Shown: positions 29,376 through 42,460 of the stretch, one piece after another
Layout of the letters: each line of letters starts with the position of its first letter
Numbering within the stretch: position 1 is the stretch's first letter
Assembly (NCBI GenBank): GCA_965262915.1
Contig: OZ253564.1
Coordinates: forward strand, 1,888,001 to 1,952,000
Length of the DNA stretch: 64,000 bases
Source: Candidatus Spongiisociaceae bacterium
GTDB taxonomy: Bacteria; Actinomycetota; Acidimicrobiia; Spongiisociales; Spongiisociaceae
Direction: 5' to 3'
Notes under the pieces: model-generated
The model's input: only the letters and a program-made list of their open reading frames with translations
The model's database searches: none
What the model was told of the DNA's origin: nothing
Translations under genes and position numbers: made by a program

Positions 29376-31150
29376 ACGGGTGGCCGGCGAGCGGTGGCCG
29401 ATGGCAGGACTCGGTCGCCGCCCGGTTCGACGATCTGCGCGGCGAGCCCGTCCCGCTCGAACTCCGCCATCCGTACCGGGTGCTGGCGGCTAGTCGAACC
29501 GAGGAGGTCCGGCGGGTGGTGGAGGAGGCGGAAGCCGAGTCGCGGTCCGGCGCCTGGGTGGCGGGGTTCGTGGCCTACGAGGCTGCACCGGCCTTCGACG
29601 ACGCGCTGGTGGTCCGGATGCCGAAGGCGGATCTTCCCCTGGCCTGGTTCGCCGCCTTCCGCTCCGCGGCTTCCGAGACGGCCGGGCGGGGAGGCGCCTA
29701 CCGGATGGCGCCATGGCGTCCGGAGATCTCGGAGGAGGAGTACGAGGCGGACGTAACAGCCATACAGGAGCTGATCACCGCAGGCGATACCTATCAGGCC
29801 AACTACACCTTGCGACTCCGGGGGCGGGTGGAGGGCGATCTGGCAGCCGTCTACGCCGATCTACTCGAAGCGCAAAGGGGGGGATACCACGCCTTCCTCA
29901 AGACCGGGGATCACACGGTGGTGTCGGCCTCGCCGGAGTTGTTCTTCCGCTGGGACGGGCGGAGGATCGAGAACCGGCCCATGAAGGGGACCATGCCGAG
30001 GGGCCGGTGGGAGCAGGAGGACCGCCGTCACCGGGAGCGGTTGCTGGCGTCGGGGAAGGACCGGGCCGAGAACGTGATGATCGTCGATCTGTTGCGCAAC
30101 GACTTGGGCAGGGTGGCCCGGTTCGGGACCGTGCAGGTCGAGCGCCTGTTCGAGATCGAGCACTTCGAGACGGTGTGGCAGATGACCTCGACTGTCGCCG
30201 CCGAGACCCGACCGGCCGTCTCCCTCTTCGACATACTCGCGGCCATGTTCCCGTGCGGGTCCGTGACCGGGGCGCCCAAGGCGCGCACCATGGAGATAAT
30301 CCGATCGCTGGAGACCTCTCCCAGGGGGGTCTATTGCGGAGCGATCGGGCTCCTCGCGCCGCCTGGCTCGGGACGGCCCAGGGCCGAGTTCTCGGTGGCT
30401 ATCAGGACCCTCGTGGTGGACGAACGGGACCGCTCGGCCGAGTACGGGGTGGGCGGGGGAGTGGTGCACGAGTCGACCCCGACCGATGAGTACCGGGAGG
30501 CGATGGTCAAGGCGAGGATCCTGCGGCGCCGGAGGGCTCCGGTGACCCTGCTGGAAACGATGCGCTGGGATCCGGGGAAGGGAATATGGTTGCTCGACCG
30601 CCACTTGAACCGCCTTCGGTCCTCGGCCCGGTACCTGGGAATGACCCTTCCCGAAGCCGAGATCGGTCGCCTGCTGGAAGGGGTCGTCGGTGAGCACCCT
30701 CTCCGGGTACGCCTGGTGGTCCCGGAGGGCGGCGAGCCCTCGATCGAGATGGCGCGCTTCGTGGCGCGGGCGCGTGTTGTAGGTCTGGCCATCGACACCA
30801 GGCCGATCGACCGGTCCGATGTTCTCCGCTATCACAAGACAACCCGGCGAGAACCCTACGACGAAGCGGTGGCCCGACACCCGGCCGCCGACGACGTGGT
30901 GCTGGTCAACGAACGGGGCGAGGCGGTGGAGACGACGATCGCCAACCTCGCGGTGCGGATCGGGAACGAATGGCTGACTCCGCCCCTCGATGCCGGATGC
31001 CTTCCGGGGACCTACCGGGAGGAACTCATAGACAGGGACGTCATCCGTGAACGCTCCCTGCCGGTTACGGATCTGGTGGCGGCGGACGAGGTGGCCGTGA
31101 TCAACTCGGTCCAGGGTTGGCGACCCGGAAAGCTGCTCGAAGGGGTGTGA
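29327..31150 (+). CDS. pabB: Fused aminodeoxychorismate synthase I / ADC lyase (PabB-PabC); start uncertain
   Basis: YQANYT, SASPELF, PMKGT, KDRAENVMIVDLLRND, FPCGSVTGAPK; C-terminal class IV domain HKTT, ETTIAN, GCLPGT. Confidence 0.9.
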   Translation: MRDHRTLAAGIPGDPVDGWPASGGRWQDSVAARFDDLRGEPVPLELRHPYRVLAASRTEEVRRVVEEAEAESRSGAWVAGFVAYEAAPAFDDALVVRMPKADLPLAWFAAFRSAASETAGRGGAYRMAPWRPEISEEEYEADVTAIQELITAGDTYQANYTLRLRGRVEGDLAAVYADLLEAQRGGYHAFLKTGDHTVVSASPELFFRWDGRRIENRPMKGTMPRGRWEQEDRRHRERLLASGKDRAENVMIVDLLRNDLGRVARFGTVQVERLFEIEHFETVWQMTSTVAAETRPAVSLFDILAAMFPCGSVTGAPKARTMEIIRSLETSPRGVYCGAIGLLAPPGSGRPRAEFSVAIRTLVVDERDRSAEYGVGGGVVHESTPTDEYREAMVKARILRRRRAPVTLLETMRWDPGKGIWLLDRHLNRLRSSARYLGMTLPEAEIGRLLEGVVGEHPLRVRLVVPEGGEPSIEMARFVARARVVGLAIDTRPIDRSDVLRYHKTTRREPYDEAVARHPAADDVVLVNERGEAVETTIANLAVRIGNEWLTPPLDAGCLPGTYREELIDRDVIRERSLPVTDLVAADEVAVINSVQGWRPGKLLEGV

Positions 31151-31214
31151 CGGGTCGCCGCACGGAACTCCGGCCCCAGGCCGAGTGGTGCGAACGGGAA
31201 GCCCGTCAAGCGGG

Positions 31215-31907
31215 CTATCCGCGCAACCTCCGGCCTAATAGGGCGACTATGGCCGATACCAGGATCGCCGACGCGGCGAGTATGGAACCCAGACACCCGC
31301 TCCGCCTGATCCGCGATGTCCGGGAGGTGCGAGGCGCCGGCTCCGGTTGAGCATCGGAGGAGTGATCGCGCAGGACGGCGGCGGTCCGGTTCTCGAGCTC
31401 GAGGCGTTCCTCAACCGCATGGTCGGTCTGCATCCGGAGCTTCGACAGTTGTTCGCGCTGCTCCTCGGTGAGCCACCGCGCCTCTACCTTGTTCAGCTCA
31501 CCGGCGGCCCTGGCGGTGTCGAAAAGGACCAAAGCCTCGGCCGCGGCCTTCATGTGCCGTTGGGCGGCCGCCCGGAACCGACGCTGCCGCCGTATTGCGC
31601 CGTCGAGGTGCAGCACGGCACCCCGGCGCAACTCCTTCGACACCAGGGCCAGCAGCGGCTCGGTGGAGGGGTCGGCGGCCAGGGCGAGGAGACCTTCGTA
31701 ATGGTCGGCGCGGGCGAGGAACTGGATACGGGCCGCCAGTTTCTCGGCCCGGTCCGTAGCCTCGGCGTGGCCGGCTCGTACGCGTTCGACGAGTTCCTTC
31801 TTCCGCTCGCTGTCCGCCTGGTCGGCAAGCCTCCGGGCACGGTTGAAATCGAGATCGTCGAGGGCTTCCTCGAATCCCTCGACCGGATTCATGTCCCCTG
31901 GTGACAT
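31215..31907 (-). CDS. Hypothetical helical protein with C-terminal TM anchor
   Basis: Long high-GC3 ORF ending RRSGCLGSILAASAILVSAIVALLG. Confidence 0.65.
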   Translation of the reverse strand: MSPGDMNPVEGFEEALDDLDFNRARRLADQADSERKKELVERVRAGHAEATDRAEKLAARIQFLARADHYEGLLALAADPSTEPLLALVSKELRRGAVLHLDGAIRRQRRFRAAAQRHMKAAAEALVLFDTARAAGELNKVEARWLTEEQREQLSKLRMQTDHAVEERLELENRTAAVLRDHSSDAQPEPAPRTSRTSRIRRSGCLGSILAASAILVSAIVALLGRRLRG

Positions 31908-31976
31908 GGACGGGAGGGTACTTTGGTCGGCGGGCTGTCGTGTAGTCTCGACGCTAGGTACTACCAAGGAGAGATC

Positions 31977-32474
31977 ATGGCGCTGACCCTCACCTCCGCA
32001 GACTTCAACGACGGTGATTACCTGGGTGCCGACCACATCCTCGCCGAGGAATACGGATTCGGTTGCGCGGGCGGCAACCGGTCACCCCATCTTTCGTGGT
32101 CGGGTGCCCCGGAGGGCACCGGCAGCTTCGCGGTTAGCTGCTACGACCCGGACGCTCCGACCGGGTCGGGCTTCTGGCACTGGGTGGTGGTGAACATACC
32201 CGCCGACGTGACCGCACTAGCCACGGGCGCCGGGGACGGGTCCGGCATCCCCGCCGGCGCCCTACAGACCCGTACGGACTTCGGCCAACCCGGGTACGGA
32301 GGACCCTGCCCGCCCGCGGGGGACCATCCCCATCGTTACCTGTTCACGGTTCATGCGGTGGGCGTCGACGCACTACCGGTGGACGCCGACACCATGCCCG
32401 CGGTGGTCGGTTTCATGCTCCACTTCAACACGCTCGAGAAGGCGGCACTGATGGGGCTGTACAAGCGCGGGTAG
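31977..32474 (+). CDS. YbhB/YbcL (PEBP/Raf kinase inhibitor-like) protein
   Basis: GGNRSPHLSW, YDPDAPTGSGFWHW, YGGPCPP..HRY; RBS AAGGAG. Confidence 0.93.
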   Translation: MALTLTSADFNDGDYLGADHILAEEYGFGCAGGNRSPHLSWSGAPEGTGSFAVSCYDPDAPTGSGFWHWVVVNIPADVTALATGAGDGSGIPAGALQTRTDFGQPGYGGPCPPAGDHPHRYLFTVHAVGVDALPVDADTMPAVVGFMLHFNTLEKAALMGLYKRG

Positions 32475-32544
32475 CGGATACACATCCCGTAGCGGTTCCT
32501 CCCGGTGTCTGATGGCCGCGCATCGGGGTAGCCTGCTGTGTGCT

Positions 32545-32762
32545 CCAGGAGTGGTCCAGGATGGTGCTGAAAATCGAATCCTGCGGGGTTCGCAGGTCGA
32601 CAAACTACCTGGTCTGAGAGTTGTGGGCTAGCGTGCGAACCCGTTTGTACGGGCTTTTCAGCACCATCCTGAAACGGTGGAGAGCAACGGCCCTTCTTCC
32701 TCTGAACAGGCATTGTGTCATCGGTCGAGGGGCCGTGAAGGCGTTTCACACCACCCTCCCGG
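32545..32762. mobile_element. MITE family B interrupted by nested MITE family C (32556-32671)
   Basis: B end CCAGGAGTGGT at 32545-32555, then a C element with TIR GATGGTGCTGAAAA/TTTTCAGCACCATC, then the rest of B to 32762. Confidence 0.8.
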
Positions 32763-32787
32763 TGTCCGCCGCCCGGGTCACCAGGCC

Positions 32788-34116
32788 ATGATCCGGGCGG
32801 CGCTCTGGCTCTTTTCGGAGCTACTGGTGTTGTTCCTCGGGGTGTCCTTCGGGCTCACGCTGCTGAGGCGCCGTCTCGGTGACGAACGTCTGCGGTCGCT
32901 GATGGGCGCCTCTCCGCTCGGGGCTGCCCTGCGCGGGATCGCGATCGGGTTCGTCACTCCCTTCTGCACCTACTCCGCCATACCGGTGCTGGTATCACTC
33001 CGCCAGGCCGGTGTGTCCGCGGCCGGTTACGTGGCTTTCATCGTGGCCGCCCCGGTGCTCGATCCGGTGCTGTTCGGAGCTCTGGCCATCATCGTGGGGT
33101 TTCCCGCGCGATGATCTACCTGGTAGTGGCCTTTGCGGCGGCGCTGATGCTGGCCTTGTTGGCCGAAAGGGTGGATCTGGACCGGTTCATGAAGCCGCTC
33201 CGAGCAGGCGTCAACGGGCTCGGCCACAACCCGGGAACCGATGGCACACCTTGGCGGGGACTGCGCCGCGAATGGCGGCCCGCGATGCAGTCCTCCGGGG
33301 TCTTGCTCCGTACGATGCTCCCCCTGCTCGTCGTGGGTATCGGCATCGGAATGGCCATCACCGCTTTCCTTCCGGCGGAAGCCGTGGCCCGCGTCCCGAG
33401 TCTGTCGGGCGGGCAGGCGATACCGGCGGCCGCCGCGGTCGGAACGTTCTTCTACATCAATACCGAGTTGTTCGTTCCCATCGCCGACGCCCTGAGATCC
33501 GCCGGGATCGGGATTGGCGCCATAGTCGCCCTGACCATCGCCGGAGCAGGCGCCAACGTCCCTGAGTTCGTGATCCTGGCGCGCCTCACCACCCGGAGGG
33601 TCCTGGCGGTATTCGGTGGTTATGTCTTCACGGTCGCGATGGCCGGCTGGGTGACCCTGGGCAATGGCGATGTGCGCGAGCTGGCCAACCTCGGTAGCCG
33701 GTTGGGGGCGAGGATCCTCGACTGGATCCTCGTCGGGGTGGTTGTCGCGGTCCTAGCGGTGATCGGCATAGTCGACGCTATCGCATCCGGGGATGGGGCA
33801 ACCTTCATCGGGGTCGTGTTCGGGCTTGCGCTCACGGTCCTCGTGATAACCCTCCTCTACGAGATGACGATGATCGCTCTCCGGGGCCAGACCCGTCGGC
33901 AAGATGATGGTCGGGATCAAAGTGGTACGGGCCGACGACGGTGGTATACGCGGTTGGGGAAAGTCGATCGGCCGCTGGATGGTTCTGGTGCTACCCAGTC
34001 TGATTCCTATCGGGGGCTTCCTGCTGGTCCTTCTCGTGTACCTGTCACCGACCTTCGACGATCGTCGCCAGGGCTGGCACGACAAGGCAGCAGCCACGGT
34101 CGTCGTCAGGTCGTAG
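32788..34116 (+). pseudogene. Frameshifted DUF318/ArsP-type permease fused by deletion to a frameshifted RDD-family gene
   Basis: TPFCTYSAIP, APVLDP, GAGANVPE (permease; frameshift ~33105), then LANLGSRLGARILD...GQT/GKMMVGIKVV...RQGWHDKAAAT (RDD; frameshift ~33893). Confidence 0.75.
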
Positions 34117-34173
34117 GACACGACCGCTCTTTCTGGACGGAAGGTTTGCACCGGCTGACAGGCGTCAACTCAT

Positions 34174-35682
34174 TCACGGCCCGTTGCTCGGGTGGAAGTA
34201 ACGACTATTCGCCTCGACGCCACAGATCGAGTGCTTGGAGCAGGTACTTGTCGAGCCAGGGATCGAACCGCGCCTGTACTGCTTCCAAGGATTCCAGGTA
34301 GTTGATCTGGAAGACCCCAAAGGAAAGAGTTCCTTGCTGACAGTGTGGAGGTCTTCGATCGTCGAGTGACCTTCGTCGGCCTCGGGTTTTCGATAGAAGC
34401 AAAGCGAAACGCCGACAATACCCCGGTACTCGCGCCCGATCCCGTGGAACGATAGAACGATTTCGGAACGTCCGGTCTCTGTCTCCAGCACGATACGCCG
34501 CCAACCGCTGAACTCGCCGATGTTCGCGTGGTATCCGAGATCTTTGGCTGCTTTGATGATCTGGGCGCGGTGCCAACGTCGTCGGTATTTCGTTTCGCTC
34601 GGCGCACTGTAATCATCGAATACGTTGCGCTCGGAGGGGCCGCGGATCGCTTCGCCGAGTTGTCCGGATGCTTTGGCGAACGTAATTCCTGCCTGGCTCC
34701 ATAGGGCGTCCGCATGATCCTTCGCTTGGTCCATATTCCTGGCCAACGCCTCGTCCCGCTTACGAAAGTGGTCACCGATAGCAGCCACCATCTGATCGAG
34801 GTGCTCTCCCGCTCGTAGAACCTCGCGCGCAATTCCGAGTGCATTCACGAAGGCCTTGCGTTGGGTGGCGGCGAACATCTCGATGAGCGGTAAGAGATTT
34901 CCTCGGTCGGCTACTTCGAGAGCGTCTATGTAATCGGTCCGCTGATCGCGGTGGATTATTAGAGGGAACCATCCCTGTCTCAGGAACACGAGGGAAGCTA
35001 GTGCCCGGGCAACGCGGCCGTTTCCGTCCTGGAAGGGATGGATCTGCACGAAGCGATGGTGCAGCCAGGCCGCGAACACCTCCGGCGCGACGCCCTCCTC
35101 GCTGTAACGATCATGGAACTCGACGAGACGTTCCATCTCGACCGTGACCTGTTCAGGATGACAGTAATCGTGCACAGAACCGTCCGCTCGAGTCGGATTG
35201 TTGGGCCACTTCTTGTAGGCGCCGCGCAGCAGTGGAACCTCCACTTTGCGACCAGACGCAATCCCTGTGGCAGTGTCCTGGCTGCGCGTGATCAGTGCAT
35301 GGAGTTCCTTGATGAAGGACTCGGAGAACGGGCGTTCAGATTTGACGAACTCGAAGAGCCAATCGATCGCGTCCTTCTGGTCGTGGATGTGGGCCGCCAC
35401 CTGGGCGGGCGGTCTGTCCGTGGCGTCGTGGGAGATGAGCGATTCGTCGATACCCCGTTCGATCAGCAACCTCGTTATACCGCGGTCGAGTGTGTAGAGA
35501 CCCTCGAGGATGCCGGTCTCGATCGCCCACTCGCGCGCCAACCGCTCGTTGAAATCCTTGAGACTCTCGGTCTCGAGCAGTGATTCACGCTGCTCGGACC
35601 AGACCGCTATCAGCGGTGGCAGTTCCCGACTGGCCAACTCCTCCCAGCCGTCTCCGAGTCCGGTGATCGGTTCCCATGCCAT
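34174..35682 (-). CDS. Fic family protein (C-terminal frameshift near 34320)
   Basis: HPFQDGNGRVAR Fic motif; the likely native tail QINYLES...WRRGE is in another frame ending at 34205. Confidence 0.9.
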   Translation of the reverse strand: MAWEPITGLGDGWEELASRELPPLIAVWSEQRESLLETESLKDFNERLAREWAIETGILEGLYTLDRGITRLLIERGIDESLISHDATDRPPAQVAAHIHDQKDAIDWLFEFVKSERPFSESFIKELHALITRSQDTATGIASGRKVEVPLLRGAYKKWPNNPTRADGSVHDYCHPEQVTVEMERLVEFHDRYSEEGVAPEVFAAWLHHRFVQIHPFQDGNGRVARALASLVFLRQGWFPLIIHRDQRTDYIDALEVADRGNLLPLIEMFAATQRKAFVNALGIAREVLRAGEHLDQMVAAIGDHFRKRDEALARNMDQAKDHADALWSQAGITFAKASGQLGEAIRGPSERNVFDDYSAPSETKYRRRWHRAQIIKAAKDLGYHANIGEFSGWRRIVLETETGRSEIVLSFHGIGREYRGIVGVSLCFYRKPEADEGHSTIEDLHTVSKELFPLGSSRSTTWNPWKQYRRGSIPGSTSTCSKHSICGVEANSRYFHPSNGP

Positions 35683-35735
35683 CCGGTCGTTCCTATCCGA
35701 TCGAGGCTCCGCGCAACCCCGGCGTGCTTCTCATG

Positions 35736-36281
35736 CTATTCCCCGCGGGATCGAGCTAGTGCCGGAGTCAGATATCGGTGATCTCGAGCAAATGGTCGAG
35801 GCCACCGAAGTCTCTTGCTGTTGCGTGTCGGCAGGGGTAGGTTCGCGGCGAGCGCGGTGGCGGCTATGAGGAGGTCGACCGCGCGGGTACCTCTCGCCTT
35901 CCTGTCGCTCGCGGTGACCGCAGCGGCGACGCGGCCGTAGGCACGGGCGGCGCCCATATCGAAGGGGATCGGGTGGAAGAAGGCTTCGGCTCGTTGGACG
36001 TGCTCCTGCCGCCGTGCGCCTTCGTGGGAGTCTTTGGTGGCATGGGGAGCGGCGGCTAGTTCGGCGAGGGTGATTGCGCTGATGGCCAAATCGATCGGCA
36101 ATCGGGCCGGATCTAGTCCGTACAGGTCGATCACAACGTAGGTCGGCGACGTCTCAGCGGTTTGAGTTCTCTGATTGGACCACCGTTGCGGATCGCTATG
36201 AATCTCCTGCCCCTCGTTCAACTCGCGCATGATCCTGGCGCTGTTGTTACGTAGTTCTCGTTGACTGATGTTACGCGGCAC
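35736..36281 (-). pseudogene. Degraded VapBC toxin-antitoxin: Phd/YefM antitoxin N-terminus fused to a PIN toxin
   Basis: NISQRELRNNSARIMRELNEG, then ISAITLAEL...FD..AARAY...DLLIAATALAANLPL.TRN; the PIN N-terminal D motif is lost. Confidence 0.8.
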
Positions 36282-36366
36282 GCAGTGGCCGTAGCACACC
36301 GTGCTACGGGTACATATGGCCCTTCAGCGTTCGTTGTGGTGTCGATACGCTCCAGACCCGGACCGG

Positions 36367-39774
<3,408 letters not shown>

Positions 39775-39856
39775 GTTGCCCTCCCCTACGAAGCCCCCCG
39801 TGGCCGTACTTGACGCCTTTTCTCCCGGGTCGTATCCCGAAGGAACAGGACCAAAC

Positions 39857-39885
39857 AATGTAATGACACCCTTGTAGTTTGTCAA
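39857..39885 (-). promoter_or_regulatory. Sigma-70/SigA promoter of nrdJ: TTGACA-N17-TACATT
   Basis: -35 at 39885-39880 and -10 at 39862-39857 on the minus strand. Confidence 0.75.
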
Positions 39886-40118
39886 GCCACATCCCGTCCG
39901 TCATGCTTGCCACTTGCATTTTCGATACGCCTGCGAGCCGGATGAGCCTGAAATTACCCACCCGAAGGAGCGAAGCGGTGGTCCAAGGGAAGAGGGGCGG
40001 ACCGCCCCGGGGAGTTGGGGAAGTTTACACGCCCCGCAATGGGGGGCGTCGTACTAGTGGACCCGATCCTGCCTCGTGCCTGCGATTTCTCCGGTGCCTC
40101 GCCTTCCCATCCACTCAC

Positions 40119-40898
40119 TCAATCCGATCTCGGGTACAGGGTCTCGGTGTGGCCGTCCACCGCGATGGTCTGGCCGCTGATATGCCTTGCGCACCGGGAT
40201 GCCAGGTACACGACCACGGCGGCGACCTCCTCGGGCGAGACGAAGGTACCCATCGAGGTACCGCTCGCATAGGAGGCGCGCACTTCGGATCGGGAAAGGC
40301 CCTCGGCCTCGGCATGGGCCTCGACGACACGCTCCATCCTGTCGCCGGTGATCGCCCCGGGGGCGATGGCGTTCACGCGGATGTTGTGACGACCCAGTTC
40401 CATCGCCAGGGCCTTGGTGAGCCCGATCACGCCGAACTTGGCGGCCACGTAGGGCGCCCGGTAGGGCATGCCCATGATCCCCGCGGTCGAGGCGATATTG
40501 ATGATCGCACCTGCCTTTCGGGACTTCATACCGGGGACGACCCGTCGCGCGCAGTGGAACTGGCTGTCGAGACCCACCGCCAGGCATCGGCGCCACTCCT
40601 CCGGGGTCACCTGCTCGACCGGTCCGGTGGGTCCGGCCGTCCCGGCGTTGTTCACCAGGACGTCGATGCCTCCCTCCGCGATCGGGTCCAGCCAGGCGGC
40701 CACCGCGCCGGCGTCCGATACATCGACCCAGGCGCCCTCCAGATGGCCGGGTAGCGCCTCCAGCGCCGGCCCGTCTATGTCACATACGAACACGTCGGCG
40801 CCTTCGGCGGAAAGGGCCGTCGCGATGACGAGACCGAGCCCGCCCGCTCCGGCCGTCACCACGGCGCGCTGCCCATCGAGTCGGGTGTCCATGAACAT
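40119..40898 (-). CDS. SDR family oxidoreductase
   Basis: TAGAGGLG, NNAG, YVAAK, VNAIAPG. Confidence 0.93.
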   Translation of the reverse strand: MFMDTRLDGQRAVVTAGAGGLGLVIATALSAEGADVFVCDIDGPALEALPGHLEGAWVDVSDAGAVAAWLDPIAEGGIDVLVNNAGTAGPTGPVEQVTPEEWRRCLAVGLDSQFHCARRVVPGMKSRKAGAIINIASTAGIMGMPYRAPYVAAKFGVIGLTKALAMELGRHNIRVNAIAPGAITGDRMERVVEAHAEAEGLSRSEVRASYASGTSMGTFVSPEEVAAVVVYLASRCARHISGQTIAVDGHTETLYPRSD

Positions 40899-40958
40899 GG
40901 CAGCTTATCCGGGGTTGTCCTGCTAGTGGTCTGCCACGCTGCGTCTAACAGACAGAAC

Positions 40959-41127
40959 ACAGTGGTCTGTCTGCAGAGCAACTTGGCGTGCTCTGCTTGC
41001 CATCGACGTCCCTCGCCGCGTTCCACCTCCTCGACATACCGCGGCGGGTACGCCTTCGTCGGCGGGCCTTGCGAGGAACGCCGCTGCGGGCGCATGTCAC
41101 GCCGCCACTTCACAGACAGACCACTAC
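40959..41127. mobile_element. MITE family A copy, preceded by a mini TIR-only derivative (40923-40960)
   Basis: Colinear with 3622-3790, same length. Confidence 0.85.
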
Positions 41128-41185
41128 CAGGTAGCAGACGGCGCATAATCGTTCCATCCGGTCGGACAGCCGATAGAATCTGCGG

Positions 41186-42430
41186 ATGGATCTTTATGCC
41201 CGAGTCAACATCCTCGAGGGTCGCGCGGTTCGCCTCGGTCGTGGCAGTCTCGACGATGTCATATCGCTGGACGCCGATCCCCTCAACCGGGCTAGGGGCT
41301 GGGTCGACATGGGAGTGGACTACCTGCTGGTTGTCGACCTCGACGCCGCCGCCTACCGCTCGTATCGCAATCGGCCCCTGATCGATCGGATGCTGGACTC
41401 ATTGGATGTGCCCGTCGTGGTCGCGGGCGGGATCCGGTCGGAACGCGAAGCCGCCCGGTTGATCCAGCGAGGTGCCTGGAAGGTGACCATGGGTACGGCG
41501 GCCATCGAACGCCCGACCATGGTGTGGGATCTGTGCCGAGATTACCCCGGTCGGATGATGGTCTCCCTCGATGTGCTCGAGAACGAGGAGTTGGTCACAC
41601 GTGGCTGGACTTCCGATTCGGGCCGGTTTCTCGAAGAGGTGATGCTCGAGATGGCATCGTGCGGAGCAAGTGGCTTTCTGGTCGCCGACGCCAGGCGTGA
41701 CGTGTTGAGCGAAGCACCGAATGTCGAGATCCTCCGGACGGCGCTCGAATACGTGGACGAGCCGGTCATCGCGTCCGGAGGCGTGAGGCATCTCGACGAT
41801 CTCCGGATGCTCGCTTCGATCGAAGTCGAGGGTCGCTCCCTGGCAGGCCTGGTGGTCGGTCGCGAGGTGACCGAAGGACGGTTCACCATCGGGCAGGCCA
41901 AGGCCGTGCTCAGCGGACCTGCCCGAGTGCCCTCCCAGGTGCGGCAGATGCGGGTGGTCATCCCCTGCAGCGACATCGATCAGAGCATCGAGTTCTATCA
42001 GAGAACCCTCGGCCTGCCCCGTCTGGACATGTTCGAGCGCGAGGACGTGCGAGAGATCCCGCTGCAGTGGGGGGACGGACACGGGAACGTGATGAAGGTG
42101 GGCGACGGGCGCCTGTCGCTGGAGCTGTCCAGGTACCGTCGCCTGACCGATCGGGGCGTGTTGCTCGAGGTAAGCGACGGGAGGCTGCTGGAACTGGTCT
42201 CGGACAGCGACGCCGGCGATGCGTACGCGGACGGATACAGGTGCCGGCTGGTTTTGGTGGTGGACGATGTCGGGGCGTGGCGCGATCGCATCGGACGGCT
42301 CGGTCACATACCGATGCAGTCCGCCGACGCCTCGCCCGGGTCGTTCGAGATCCGTGGTCCCGACGGTGTTGCGGTGACGATCTCCGAACCGCTTGGTTTG
42401 CGGACATCCGAAGTGGGCCGTGTCGTCTAG
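41186..42430 (+). CDS. HisA/PriA-like TIM barrel fused to a C-terminal VOC domain
   Basis: GRAVRL, VVDLDAA, AGGIRS, GTAA, TRGW, IASGGV; then VVIPCSDIDQSIEFYQRTLG...GPDGV. Confidence 0.8.
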   Translation: MDLYARVNILEGRAVRLGRGSLDDVISLDADPLNRARGWVDMGVDYLLVVDLDAAAYRSYRNRPLIDRMLDSLDVPVVVAGGIRSEREAARLIQRGAWKVTMGTAAIERPTMVWDLCRDYPGRMMVSLDVLENEELVTRGWTSDSGRFLEEVMLEMASCGASGFLVADARRDVLSEAPNVEILRTALEYVDEPVIASGGVRHLDDLRMLASIEVEGRSLAGLVVGREVTEGRFTIGQAKAVLSGPARVPSQVRQMRVVIPCSDIDQSIEFYQRTLGLPRLDMFEREDVREIPLQWGDGHGNVMKVGDGRLSLELSRYRRLTDRGVLLEVSDGRLLELVSDSDAGDAYADGYRCRLVLVVDDVGAWRDRIGRLGHIPMQSADASPGSFEIRGPDGVAVTISEPLGLRTSEVGRVV

Positions 42431-42460
42431 CGAGCGAGTTCGGTGTAGAGGAGGATTGGT

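Noticed and set aside
39850-39890. NrdR boxes or cobalamin riboswitch upstream of nrdJ
   Set aside because: Only weak matches to the NrdR consensus and no B12-box seen; only the promoter is supported.
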